Positions 1 through 13,412 of a stretch of 64,000 nucleotides of DNA are shown one piece after another. A program made the translations under genes and the position numbers. Source of the DNA: Octopus bimaculoides (lineage: Eukaryota); the NCBI RefSeq assembly GCF_001194135.2, contig NC_068984.1:37152828-37216827 (forward strand), read 5' to 3'. A model generated the notes under the pieces. The model was not told the DNA's origin. It worked only from the letters and a program-made list of their open reading frames with translations, and did no database searches. The first letter of the stretch is position 1, and every line of letters begins with the position of its first letter.

Positions 1-658
<658 letters not shown>

Positions 659-682
659 CATCATCATTATTATTATTATTAT

Positions 683-830
683 TGAGTGAGGGAGCAGCGC
701 ATGCCATCAAAGTCCAGCATACGACGCCGACTAAACCCATCATGACACCCGTCTGATAAGGGTACACTAGGCATATGCATCACAACCATATGTTCGTGAC
801 ATGGTGATTTATATAAGTGTTTGGTGCATA
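683..830 (-). mobile_element. 3' part of a SINE-like interspersed repeat ending in a (TAA)n tail
   Basis: Minus strand ends ...gctgctccctcactcAATAATAATAAT; resembles an abundant octopus repeat from memory only. Confidence 0.4.
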
Positions 831-1129
831 AGAGTACACACATAGATGATAGATTAGAATCGTCTGTCATGGGCACCGGATATATAGAATATTAGCATCT
901 TGTCAGAGACTAAACTGCATTCTTTCTAATTCCCTCCCTTTTTATCTTCTCTACCAGCTTTTCCTGATTGTTTTTTTATTCTCTTATGATGGACTAGCAG
1001 CCAAAACTCCCAGATACTTTCCTCACGTTTTAAGCGTTTAACTAATACATTTCTCATAACCTACCTTCCCCATCTTCTGTTCGCTTTGTGCTCATTGCAT
1101 ATACATATGCATACCTATAGGTAAATAAA

Positions 1130-1132
1130 TAC

Positions 1133-1181
<49 letters not shown>

Positions 1182-1215
1182 TAGACAGACAGACAGACAG
1201 ATAGACGGATGGATG

Positions 1216-1277
<62 letters not shown>
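1130..1277. repeat. compound (GACA)n/(GATA)n microsatellite
   Basis: Direct reading. Confidence 0.95.
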
Positions 1278-1281
<4 letters not shown>

Positions 1282-1506
1282 GACTTTTCTTTATAGAAAA
1301 GCTTGACAGTGACTTCAAAATTTCGGGTTCTGTGAAAGCAGAACTTCGGAGTCAATATCAACCTCTCCCTTGAAATAGTAGATCGATATGTACTCTAGTG
1401 AAACGTATTGAGCAATCTTTCACATTAATGTTAAATTGATTTCATAACCTGGCATACAAACAAGCATCCAGAAAGATAGACGGACGGACAGACAGACATA
1501 CAGACT

Positions 1507-1554
<48 letters not shown>

Positions 1555-3243
1555 CATAGATACATAGATACATAGAAAGATAGATAGATTGTTTTGTACT
1601 CTCGACAGCTGCAGGTAATATACTTCGTTGAGGAAGTATATAAAACCGAAGCTTGTTCTTGGATTCTATCAGTTGGCTTTAACAAGGAGATCTACTCCCA
1701 CAGTAAATTTTATATATTTTTTTAAAAAATCATTTAATATTTAGGCGATATATCTCTTACCTCTCGACTTTAAATCTCAATGAGGCTTATAGTGAGTTTG
1801 TGTGTATGAATTGCATGATTAATCTTAGTTAACTGAAGACGTTCTACTCGCTATATACATTTGTGAAACCTTACACTATACAGAATGCTTCCTTGAGGAG
1901 ATATATATTAAGACTGAATTTCTTTCATTGAGAGAGTGTTACTTAACGGTAATTTACGCTTGAAAAATTCATTCTAGTTAAATGACTTATTCCACAAAGC
2001 AATGCATCGCAACACATTAATGCTTCAGAACACGAATTCTTAATCTCACTGAAAACACTCATGACACAAATATTGTAAGTTATTATTAGTACCGTTTTTG
2101 TCCCTATGTACGTTTGTCTAAAATCCGAAGACTTAACATTCGTCGAAGATATATACATTTATAATTCTTATATTTGAAATGAAAGTAAAATGTAGGTTCT
2201 ATAAATAAAACTAAGCTTGTCTGTAACTTCAGATATATATTATTCGGACTTAGCTATAAGAATGGTTGGAATTTATTAAAATAGACGCTGATCCGTCTAA
2301 AACGATGAATTATTATTATTGATGCTATAGTAGTTGTTGTTATTATATTATTATTACTCGATAAGTGTATACTTTCAATGTGACTCAGAATTCTTTTAAC
2401 GTCTTTTTATTTAGTTGATCTTTTAAAGAAATCAAAGAAGATTAAAGTATTAATTGTCAATATGTGCATTTAGATTAACATTCTGAAAAGCAGAGATTTT
2501 AAAAGGTTCCATGGATTTTCTGCCAGTCATAGCAAGCGAAGGAAAATCCACATTATGTGTCTATCAACATTTATTAAATTTTTATGTATTCGGACAAGTT
2601 TGTCGTTTAAGCGACTTACTTTGCCAACATTACTATCCAAAATGGAAAAAGGAAAAATATACAGAAAAATGCAAGAAACATAGTTAAACTTTCACTATAA
2701 ACTGAATTATAGTATAAAAAAAAATCCTTTATCATTCTCCTTCTTAGCTACTTGGTTTCTGTTTCTAACATTCCGACAACTGATGAAAAAGTATGAATTA
2801 TTGACGAAACTATATTTCAATTTATAATACTATTTATTAAATTTCCTATGCACACTTCCACAGAAAATTATGCTTACATTCAATTTAGCACGCATACATA
2901 CACATGGAATCTTATTTCCATGGTGCGTTTGCATGGGTGGAATAGGCATTTCTACATACCGCAACTGATGTGTTATATTAAAACATATAGAATAAATGCA
3001 TTCTTAAAAATAAATAAATTACGCATCAAAAGAAAGTGAAACTAAAAAGCGAAATAATAAAATGAAGAAAATTATTAAAACATATCAAAGAGACGCACTG
3101 AATTGTATTGGAATATCATTATGAATGAAGCAAATGAACAATTATTCTTGCAAATGTAAAGCATAAAGATAGAATAGACATATTTTACGTGAGGCATTTA
3201 CAGGGATGACCTAATTTAGCTATCGCATGCAAATCAAATATTT

Positions 3244-4108
3244 TATTGAGGCAAAAGTTGTGCAATATTATTGTAACTTAGTTCCTTTATTGGTCAAGCT
3301 ACAACAAAATAATCCTGGTCTTTAAAGTAGAGACCATCGTGTAGCACTGTTTGAAGTCACTTTTCTGCCAGTTCTTTGATTTCACGCTAATACTAGTTCC
3401 TATCATTCGAAGCAAAGAACTCCTACACTGAAGCCTCTACATCTTAGTTGATGGAGTGCCGCGAGAGCAGGAAGGGAGCCATGGATCGGAGGAAGTAATA
3501 ATACGAAGGTGATATTTTGCTGCAATCCTAACGTGCTTAAGCAGTGGTCAAGCAAGGGTCAGCTTCCGGAACCTATTGCCAAATATGAGCGTTTCGAACA
3601 CAAAGTGATTCTCTGCGTCTGATGAAATTATGAGGGGATAATTCTAAGGAGTTCGTTCCGGACGACTGAATCAACGATGCCGACCTGTACTCCATTCAGC
3701 TGTATGTCAATGTGCGGCATTGGTTAGCAGAAAGCAAGCTCTTCTGCAGCTAGACAACGCACGATCCTATACCACTCGAACGACCCGGAATAACGCCAGG
3801 AACTTGACAGGAATTGAACAGATGCCAAAAACAGCTTATAATCTGGACCTAGCTCCCTCGGATTATTACCTATTATGATACATGATTCACTTCCTATGCT
3901 CGCGTTGCTCTATCAGCCTAGAGGAGGTGAACTCTTCATTGAAGAAGTTCTGCACCTCGAAGAACAAAAACTGGTATCAGCGTGGGAACAAAAAACTGGC
4001 AGAAAGCTGGTTTCAGACGGAATAACACGATGGCCTCTACTATCAATGCTGCGCTGGTTTTGTTTTAACTTGCGAATAAAGTCATTAAGATATCAAAATA
4101 TTGCAAGG
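3244..4108 (+). mobile_element. decayed mariner transposon
   Basis: Remnants KQWSSKGQLPEPIAK..KVILCV**NYEGII, QLDNARSY, YNLDLAPSDYYL, WYQRGNKKLAESW; TIR-like start tattgaggcaaaagttgtgcaatat and partial inverse atattgcaa near 4092. Confidence 0.8.
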
Positions 4109-5081
4109 CTTAACGAAGCGTATGCCTTTGGAAAAGCATTAATGTCACACCTCTTATTTCAGTCTTTCCCAAAGCATGGGGCTTTGAGATACCAATTATA
4201 AAACAGAAAAATATTTGAAACAAAGTGAACAGTAATATGTTCCATGTATTATACTAAGAAATCCCAATGAAATAATGAATTACATTGCTAATGCTGAGAA
4301 CAAATCATTGTTTAACCACTAATTATGTTAAAAATGTAAGGGAGTAAACGCCGAATTTTTTAAATCTATTAATTAAATACAGAATGTTTCTTTAGAGTCC
4401 ATTGACAACTCCGGAACTCCACAACGACCGATAAATTAATGATAACTGGAAGATCTTCCAATGACTAGAGTTGAAATGTCTTAAAATGATGAAGAGTGTA
4501 AATAGTCAGAGATACTTGCTATATAAAAAAACATTTACAAGTAAAGTGGGAGCTTGCATAATTCTTTTATTTCTTTATTATTTCATTTATTATCAAAGAG
4601 ACTATGAAGTATAATTAAACACGACATAACAACTTGCTGTATGTACTTGTAATGCATTTAACAATGTGTATTAATCTCTAGTGTTAAACATGACCTCTTC
4701 ATATCATCCAATTAAATATAAGATGTTGATGACACTCGAAGATGGTTTTAAATATGAATAAATCATGTAGATTTCTTATTTTTATTTTTATATTGTTCTT
4801 ACTTTTCACAGTACAATTACGGAACGTGAGAAATCTTAAAATTCTTAAATTATAAAATTTATGGCAAAGTATTTTAAATGGCGGGGAAAGTTGATTATAA
4901 TGAAATTTCTTCGGTGTAACATTGTCCTATGTATTATATTTAAAATTTCTTGTTTGCATTTGAGAAACTAAAATAATTATAAATGAAACCAACAAAAATT
5001 ATTGTTTGATTTTATTCGGTTTCGCAACAAAATTTTCAACAAGAAAAGAATGTGTGTGTATGTGTTTATATGTATATATGC

Positions 5082-5084
<3 letters not shown>

Positions 5085-5156
<72 letters not shown>

Positions 5157-5345
5157 CATACATACACACAATTATATATACATGTACGTATGCATATATA
5201 TATATATGTTTGTGTGTATATAGTTCTATGTATATATGTATATATATGTATACATACATATATATATATACATATATGCATACTCACACACACATACACA
5301 AACACACACATATATATATACATATACATACATATATACATACTT
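5085..5345. repeat. (TA)n/(CA)n compound microsatellite
   Basis: Direct reading. Confidence 0.95.
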
Positions 5346-6060
5346 GCGTACATAGAATGCACACGCTATGGCAATTATCAATGCTAAATAATATGTGGAA
5401 TTAAAGTTTGGATATCAACTTATATCTCTTAACTTAAATGATAAATATAATCGCCATATTCATTTATTTATTTATTTGAATTAGGAATAAATTTAAACGA
5501 AAACCATAGTAGTTTTCACACAACGAAATTTATCTCACAAATATATACTGGTTAAATATATGTACACGCGTACTCTGCGTGCTGCCACGTGCGCACGTGT
5601 GTGGGTGTGTGTGTTTCACTACTTGTGCGCGCATGACTACCTTTGCGTATGTCTTTTTCTGCATATAGACATATAAATATATATTTGCGGGCGTGCGGGC
5701 GTAAAGATATAGGCAAATGTATTTATGTTTGTGCCAATGTCTCAAGATAAGCTAAATCTAGTACGGTAAAAATGTTGTTTTTTAATGTTATTTCATTTAA
5801 AACACTCTAATGAAACCTTAGTCGGTTGCTATACATTAAATTACTCGAAAACATAGATAGTATAAAAAGCAATAATTATTGTATGGACATTATTTACGCT
5901 TCCTTAATAGACAGTTAAACATATTCGCAGGCCACACACACGGATGGACAACCCACTATAGTGTGTGTGTCTGTCTGTCTGTGTGTATGTATGTCTGTCT
6001 GTGTGTGTATCTCTGTGTTTGTCTCTGCGTGTGCGAATGTGTATGCGTATGTGTGTGTGT

Positions 6061-6103
<43 letters not shown>

Positions 6104-7274
6104 TGTATTCTTAATTGATAGCACTTCCAAGATTTTTCATATTTTCTTTCGATTTCGAATTCATCACAGTGAGGGTTTATATATATTTGCAAAGAAATGA
6201 GAGTTATATACGTTCACACATGCGCGCAAGCATAATGTACATAGTNNNNNNNNNNNNNNNNNNNNNNNNNNNNNNNNNNNNNNNNNNNNNNNNNNNNNNN
6301 NNNNNNNNNNNNNNNNNNNNNNNNNNNNNNNNNNNNNNNNNNNNNNNNNNNNNNNNNNNNNNNNNNNNNNNNNNNNNNNNNNNNNNNNNNNNNNNNNNNN
6401 NNNNNNNNNNNNNNNNNNNNNNNNNNNNNNNNNNNNNNNNNNNNNNNNNNNNNNNNNNNNNNNNNNNNNNNNNNNNNNNNNNNNNNNNNNNNNNNNNNNN
6501 NNNNNNNNNNNNNNNNNNNNNNNNNNNNNNNNNNNNNNNNNNNNNNNNNNNNNNNNNNNNNNNNNNNNNNNNNNNNNNNNNNNNNNNNNNNNNNNNNNNN
6601 NNNNNNNNNNNNNNNNNNNNNNNNNNNNNNNNNNNNNNNNNNNNNNNNNNNNNNNNNNNNNNNNNNNNNNNNNNNNNNNNNNNNNNNNNNNNNNNNNNNN
6701 NNNNNNNNNNNNNNNNNNNNNNNNNNNNNNNNNNNNNNNNNNNNNNNNNNNNNNNNNNNNNNNNNNNNNNNNNNNNNNNNNNNNNNNNNNNNNNNNNNNN
6801 NNNNNNNNNNNNNNNNNNNNNNNNNNNNNNNNNNNNNNNNNNNNNNNNNNNNNNNNNNNNNNNNNNNNNNNNNNNNNNNNNNNNNNNNNNNNNNNNNNNN
6901 NNNNNNNNNNNNNNNNNNNNNNNNNNNNNNNNNNNNNNNNNNNNNNNNNNNNNNNNNNNNNNNNNNNNNNNNNNNNNNNNNNNNNNNNNNNNNNNNNNNN
7001 NNNNNNNNNNNNNNNNNNNNNNNNNNNNNNNNNNNNNNNNNNNNNNNNNNNNNNNNNNNNNNNNNNNNNNNNNNNNNNNNNNNNNNNNNNNNNNNNNNNN
7101 NNNNNNNNNNNNNNNNNNNNNNNNNNNNNNNNNNNNNNNNNNNNNNNNNNNNNNNNNNNNNNNNNNNNNNNNNNNNNNNNNNNNNNNNNNATATATATAT
7201 ATATATATATAGCTATATATGTACATATATATGCGAACTTTCGATTACTTAAGATATATTTGTCGTATATCAAC

Positions 7275-7930
7275 TACAAACTGCGGAGAAAAAATTCTTT
7301 GTTATAGGAAAAAAGAGGTGTAAAAACAGCGTTGCCCTTTGTCAGATTCCCAGACATCAATGTTTCTACCTCTTAAGATGTTATCAATAGAAAATACCTA
7401 ACAAAGACAATTCTGGACAAACTTAATGAAACCGTGGCTTCAAATAAAATACAGTCAGCTACATTGACTGATTTGCACAAGTAGGCTGTTACTGTCGGGA
7501 AAATTACGACAATAGCAAAAAGAAGTGTCTGTGAATTTTTTCGCCACAATAACTGCAGTGAATTTGTAGTTAGCAGTTGAAATATGTCACAAATGTATTT
7601 TAGCTACCCCAAAGTTCGCCTACGCCAAAACAGTGCTTGGCACCGATATTAGTGTGATTTTCACGACCTTGGCGGCCTACTAGCATGAATAAGTCAATGC
7701 AGTTAACTGTTTTTAGTGAAAACTCCGGCTTGATTAGATCTGTCCAGAGTTGCTTCTCCTTAGTATTTCTCATTGATAACATTTAAGAAGCTAGAAGTAT
7801 CGATGTCTGGGAATCCGACAGACGTCAGCATTGGAGATATATGATGTTTTTACACCTTATTTTTACCATAAGAGAATATATTTTCCCCCACAGTGACTGC
7901 AGTGAATTTCCTTTTAACAGTTGAAAATTT
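7275..7930. repeat. diverged inverted pair of a ~200-250 bp repeat, each arm with a degenerate hammerhead motif (Penelope/retrozyme-like)
   Basis: 7310-7487 aligns to the reverse complement of 7674-7865; arms contain ttct(c)a-TTGATAA-..-GAA(AC/GT)-at(t/c)gat-GTC-tgggaa. Confidence 0.65.
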
Positions 7931-7959
7931 CATCAAGGAACTACGTCCTTACGCGACAC

Positions 7960-8405
7960 AACTTAGTCACAAAAACTATATGTAATGCATAGACTCTCCT
8001 AGAATAAGTATAGAGAATACTCTTATTATTGAATACATACACAAGCATCAAAACGAAGAATACTGGTGGAACATTCCCCTCGAGACATCTCTCGACTATA
8101 AACATAACAAGCTGGATATTCTTAAGATAGAAATGAATACGTATGTACCGTCCTACAAGTCAGTTGTCCTGCTGGCATAAATATTTCTTTCAAAACCTCC
8201 AGCTGCTATATCCAGATAATATATATTCATATTTATACCAATAATAATTTTGTGCACTTGCCTTTGTGAGTAAAGGACTAAGTGACAATCTGGCTATGCT
8301 AAGGTTTTCAGAAAAAGAAATCAACCAACTAACTCGCACCTTACAAACACAATATGTAAGTGGATCAGTAAAAATACGCAAGACTTCTCTCAAGTATAAA
8401 ATGTG
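7960..8405 (+). mobile_element. 3' fragment of an RLE-type (R4/NeSL-like) LINE
   Basis: Frameshifted peptide EEYWWNIPLETSLDYKHNKLDIL..VSCPAGINI..PIIILCTCL/ALAFV..GSVKIRKT matches the YWWN..HNKPD..EVSCP..PIIIGALG..VKICKTF pattern. Confidence 0.75.
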
Positions 8406-9359
8406 AGATTGTTTTTGTTATCTATATTCCAACAATGAAGCTGTGTATCTTTCTTAGAAACCAGTTCCGTCCTCAGAAGAATAATTTAAATAATTAAAAG
8501 TAGAAGAGAACATAAACAGATATAATTTCATTATATTTCTATAGCACATGTCCAGAATATTTACATATGATGTCATTAATATTTTCTAGAGTAGCCTCAC
8601 TTTACAATTATAGCAAATCCTTGAGTGCGTATTCATAAAGAGTTGCCCTGTATTGCAACTCCACTAATGAAAAATGGTACGATGAACGAATTCGCCATCT
8701 GCCATAATGTTTTTCTATTTGATAGATAACTCAGAGGAATTTTAATTTCTGATCTTTGTAGCTAACTTCCGCACATTATAATCAGTTTGTACTGGTAAGG
8801 TGATTAATAACACGCTACTGTAATTTCCATACTCATAAGCTTTATAGTATTTACATGTTACCATGTTCTGAAACTGGTAAATGTTTATATAAATGTCATG
8901 GTCAAATGTATCGGAGAAATTGATATTTGGTACCAAGGCTTACGAGCAGCAACGTATATTCTTTATTATGTAACAAAGTATATTTTGTCGGAGTCATTGC
9001 AGTATGGTGTATCATTTCAGAAACTACACAACATGAATGACATTCATCTTGTGTATTGTGGCATTGTGAATAGTCATTTTTAGATGTTTAGATAGTATGT
9101 TCATGTGGCGAATTTTAGAGCATCTCTTGACCCAATCAGGTAGAATTTGTTATCAAGTCAGACATTTATTTTTTAATATGTGAGGAGCATTCAATGTGGG
9201 AAGTAGTCATGTAAACATATTGTTCTCGTTGGTAACATCATTGGGTTTGTTTCTATTCCTGTTTTAAGTTTAAAATTTAGTAGTTCAATGGCAAATACAA
9301 TTTTCTGAGAGGATTCTTGTTATGATATGCATAATCTATTTCCTATTTGTGTATGATCA

Positions 9360-9690
9360 TAATGGACAAGGCTAAATACCTGACTTTTTATGAGTTAAAA
9401 ATGTATGGTCTTAGCCTGTATGGTCTGACTAAGTCAAAATGTTTTTTTTTTGTATTCTTCTTTTCTACTTGGAGTGTTTAAATGTAGTTATCAAAATATG
9501 TCCTTCTGTTGAAATGTAATTTTCATTAAATTCCTATATCTTTGTGCAGCTGAGGATTGCTCTGCATTTTACATTTGATGTAATGTTCACATTGCTTAAA
9601 TAAATGGGGTCACATGAAACGATCGTACTGCATTAACTTTGGATATCCTTGTTGCTTATTTTGATTATATATATATTATCAAGTGACATG
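9360..9690 (+). repeat. old interspersed repeat, copy 1; homologous to 57505-57815 (minus); hammerhead-bearing
   Basis: About 300 bp alignable by eye to the reverse complement of 57505-57815. Confidence 0.8.
9545..9632 (+). ncRNA. type I hammerhead ribozyme-like motif with extended stem II
   Basis: tgcag-CTGAGGA-(59 nt)-GAAAC-gatc-GTA-ctgca: 5-bp stem I, intact core, palindromic stem/loop III (ACGATCGT), GUA cleavage triplet. Confidence 0.65.
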
Positions 9691-11689
9691 TAGACGAATT
9701 TAACTGAGATGAAAATATTTTATTTGCACTTGGACAACTTTCAGTTTTAATTTCATGTCTATTCAAATACTTATAGAAATCAGAATTCACTGATTCTTGT
9801 ATAGCTTCTTCATTTATGAGATTTCAAATTAATGTCCGGCTTTCCCGTCTAGCTCGTTGAATTGTCAAACTCCATTTGTTTCTCAAAAATATTTTAATGT
9901 CCTTTCTATAATGTTTATGATACAACGTTGTTTACTTTGAAATATTTATTCGCAAGACGTTTAAAAGTTTGTTGCAGACACTCCATGCAATTCCATTCCG
10001 CGTAAGGTACCTGGAGTCGCTAAACTGCTTGATTTGTGACCCATCGCGGAAACGAAGTAGCAGATAACTCCCACCTTCACTGATGGTACTGGATTTAGTC
10101 TTTTTTGTCTCGGGAAACAGACAACCATTGGTATCAGCATTCTCAAATCATGCTAAAAAGACTTGCGCATTGCACTGATGGTGTTGATAGAAACAAGAAT
10201 TAAAATTGAGAATCTGCCAAAGATAATAGGGGAAAGAGAGATTTATGGAATAGCCTTATGAAGTTACTCTCAGTTGCGACCATCACAAGAAAGAATTTTA
10301 AAATAAAACATACAAGTAAAATGAAATCAATATGATCAGCTGATGAAACTCTTAGGGAAGTAATGACTATTTATATTGAAGGCTATTGAACGCCAAAATC
10401 TTCCAACGTCTACCACTATTTAGAGCGTATCCTAAATTTGAGTATGTAATATTTTTCCACCTAGATATTATTTTTTGGTATGTTCTAATCGACAATACTA
10501 TGCTTTGATTTTCTATACTATGCTTTGGGCTTTCATAATGTTTCAAAATCTTTACTAATTACCTCAGTTTGTTACCTTATATATGTGTTTAGAATATGAG
10601 GTATTTGTTACAAAAGTAAACTGTCTAAGGGAACGGTATCCACAAGATTTTATGTATTTGAATCTTTTATTTAGGGTGCGAATGTTTTATGTGCTCGAGT
10701 GTTTGACGTCATGATTATTTACTGCTTATCGTAAGACTCATATTTTTTTTAATTCTCTAAAAGTACTACTGACTAATATCTGAATTATCTTATATAAAAT
10801 GTTAATTTATCTTTCCAGTCGCCATATATCTTGGCAAGCATTATATGTTTTAACAATATTTGAAGAAGTCATTACTTCATGCTGCTGTAATCTACCTGAT
10901 ATAGCCTATCTTCCACCTCCAATCAAATACTTGGTGTTCTACTGCATTAGTGGTGGACATGGCGAGAGAATACTTTTGTCTACTCGTGATTATACAGTTA
11001 CTTAAAACAATTAGCAAAAGCATTGTACACATGACCAGGTCATACAGGTTTGAGTGGTAAATACGGTTATTTCGGGCTATTTAAAGTATCGTTTTCTATT
11101 GTTGGTAGTAATTACAGACACTCGTCTAATTTATATCAATATGTATTGATATATTATGATGTTGAATATGTGACTCTGCATTACTTTTTAGCGTTCTTTA
11201 ATATATCTTGAATTTTGATCTTTAAATTATTGTGCTTGGATTGTTCTCGGGCCTAAATGTTTGCTTTGATGTTTTCTAGTTAGCTAATTTTTTTCAATTT
11301 CAATGCGGGCGGAATCTGAATATAGTTGTTCTTGTAAACTGATTACTTTGATGTAATAAGTAAACTGATTACTTTGATGGTGGAGTAGATACAAGGGCGT
11401 CGATGTTACAGAGGAAAATAACTGAATAAATCTTCGTATATTCTATTCTCTGAGCTGGTCTCATTGAATATATTTGATGACTGGATTTCCTTTTCCTGGA
11501 GCATCCTAATAAAAGAATCGGCTATATTTTACTTTAGGTGTTGCTAATTTTTATTCTGTGTCTCCTTCTAGAAATTACAAATAATAAAATATTTAAACTA
11601 ATGATTTTACTATACATAAAAATGTCATCGTTAAAGAAACTCTAAAAGGGCAAAAGAAGAACGCCTAAAATTATGGAAGCTATTTGTCG

Positions 11690-11905
11690 TACGGTGTTCG
11701 TCGTCGTCGTCATGTATCGCACGTCCCGATTCACGCGAATTCTCTGGCTGCCTTGCCATTCTTGTTCAACCAGCTCGTGATATTGCCTATCCATTGTACT
11801 CTTTGCCTGTCTCTTCATTTACTGCTCTCTACTATTTCTTCCATGATAATTTCTAGACTTTTGCTTCTTCGAATATGGCCACAATAACTGAGCTTTTGTT
11901 ATTTC
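11690..11905 (-). mobile_element. RTE-clade LINE 3' end
   Basis: KLSYCGHIRRSKSLEIIMEEIVESSK*RDRQRVQWIGNITSWL (consensus GHI.R...GRRRRGRP...W.D.I); short (GAC)n tail. Confidence 0.8.
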
Positions 11906-11965
11906 ATAATGTTCAAGATAGACTTTCACTTGTAAAAACCTATTCCTTTTTCTGGTTTTATAAGG

Positions 11966-12160
11966 CAGTGGTTCCTCACCTGTGGTCCGCGGAATCGCAA
12001 AGGTAATACTGGGGTTCCGTGAACTAAATTCATAATTTCATGTATATATATATATATATATATACATGCATACATAAGTATAAGTATATTAAAAGGGATC
12101 CCTGGGAAAACTCATTTAAATAAAAGGGGTCCTTGGCAATGAAAATGTTGGGAGCCACCG
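11966..12160. mobile_element. hAT-family MITE with 8-bp TSD
   Basis: TIRs cagtggttcctcacct / tgttgggagccaccg; identical flanks TTATAAGG at 11958-11965 and 12161-12168. Confidence 0.9.
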
Positions 12161-12689
12161 TTATAAGGGATACAGCTCACTAACAGTGAGATCGTATTTC
12201 TATACGTGATTCATGAGGACCAAGAAATCTCCTTCCCAACCACAGCCGATATATTCAAGGACAGTAGCAACAACAGCAGCGGAAACCAAGCGAACACCTT
12301 TCCAATTATAAAGACTGAGCCCAGACAGAAGTCTAACTGGATACATAGACTGCTTCAATAAAACTGAAGAATTTCCACCAAAACATTCAAAAGGTAATAT
12401 AAAAGAGGAGAAACTATCTGATAAGAGCTTATATGTTATGAATGAGAACCCTAATTTCATAAGATGAAACAAAATTTCTTTGTAAAGGAGATGAAATTCA
12501 CATCAGTTTTAATGAAGATTTAATAAGCCACTTACATAGAATTCGTAAAGAAAGTCAACACGAGGGAAATGGAGATCACTGTTTAAACAGCTTAAAAACG
12601 GTGGAAGGTAAGTTTAAGGAGTAGATAGTGTGTTATTTGTCAGCTATCCTCACTTACCCATTTCTCCAATATCCCTCACTTAAGATTCT

Positions 12690-13100
12690 ACAATCACCAT
12701 TTATTAACTATACACTTACGATCATCAAAGTAGAACAGGTTATCTGCCATTGTTGCTCAGTAAATTGCTGAGTGGTGCTAGTGCAAGGCATAAGAGCAGT
12801 AATGATAGCGGATCCCCTCATAAGATAACGCTTCAAATCCAGATTGTTCTCAATATTAGTTACCAAACTGCATAAGAGTAATTCACGATGGATTTCTGCG
12901 TCATTATGCATTCTGTAGTGAATTCAATAATTGCTGAGCAGACTCCAGGAGTGTCACACGCTGTCAAATGTCTTCTTGTTGTCGATCCGTACCATTCACA
13001 GGTGCATTTTCTTTCATTTGACCTTGTAATAAGATTTTTCTTGCCGAGCAGGTGGCCATTTATTTAATCACTGCTTAGTGCTGATTCTGCATCCTAATAG
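12690..13100 (-). mobile_element. possible Penelope-like GIY-YIG endonuclease relic
   Basis: Frameshifted YYKVK..CTCEWYGSTTRRHLTA..HHSAIY resembles the PLE Y..C.C...YIG.T.R.L..R..EH...SAI motif; heavily decayed. Confidence 0.4.
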
Positions 13101-13154
13101 GACTTACTGTTGCGTTTCATTATTATTACTATTATTATTATTATTATTATTATT

Positions 13155-13412
13155 TTATGTTTGACTTTTGTTTTGCATTTGTACAAGTTGGATCCAAGTC
13201 TCACCCAGAAACCTCAAGAGATAACAAGTTAGAAGTTCATGTAGGTGTTATGCCTAGGGTACCATATATTTGGATTTGTACAGTTTTGTTCAAGTGAATG
13301 TTTAAGAAACCATAAGAAAATTATGTGTTTGCTTTAAAATTTGAGATCACATAGACAGTATTTTACGTAGGATATGGGCAGTTCCTATAAGCACTATCTT
13401 TTGAGCTTCAGC
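13155..13412 (-). mobile_element. R4/Dong-type LINE 3' end with 3' UTR and (TAA)n tail, running into a gap
   Basis: EAQKIVLIGTAHILRKILSM*; (tta)n at 13120-13154. Confidence 0.85.

Noticed and set aside
1608-1702. Plus-strand exon-like segment LQVIYFVEEVYKTEACSWILSVGFNKEIYSH
   Set aside because: Splice signals are plausible but there is no homology or partner exon; expected by chance
2775-2815. CTGATGA..GAAAC motif; similar weak ones near 10025, 25853 and 38815 (minus)
   Set aside because: Stem I, stem III or the core is broken; too degenerate to call
1092-6200. ORF-track peptides such as [16 protein letters not shown] (here and throughout)
   Set aside because: Translations of microsatellites
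6115-7273. Long ORFs of 130-370 aa containing X runs (also at 13347, 14483, 22299, 43511 and others)
   Set aside because: Artefacts of N-gaps
12187-12360. Open segment containing IKTEP (SUMO-like motif)
   Set aside because: Ends in a stop with no good donor; lies among TE debris
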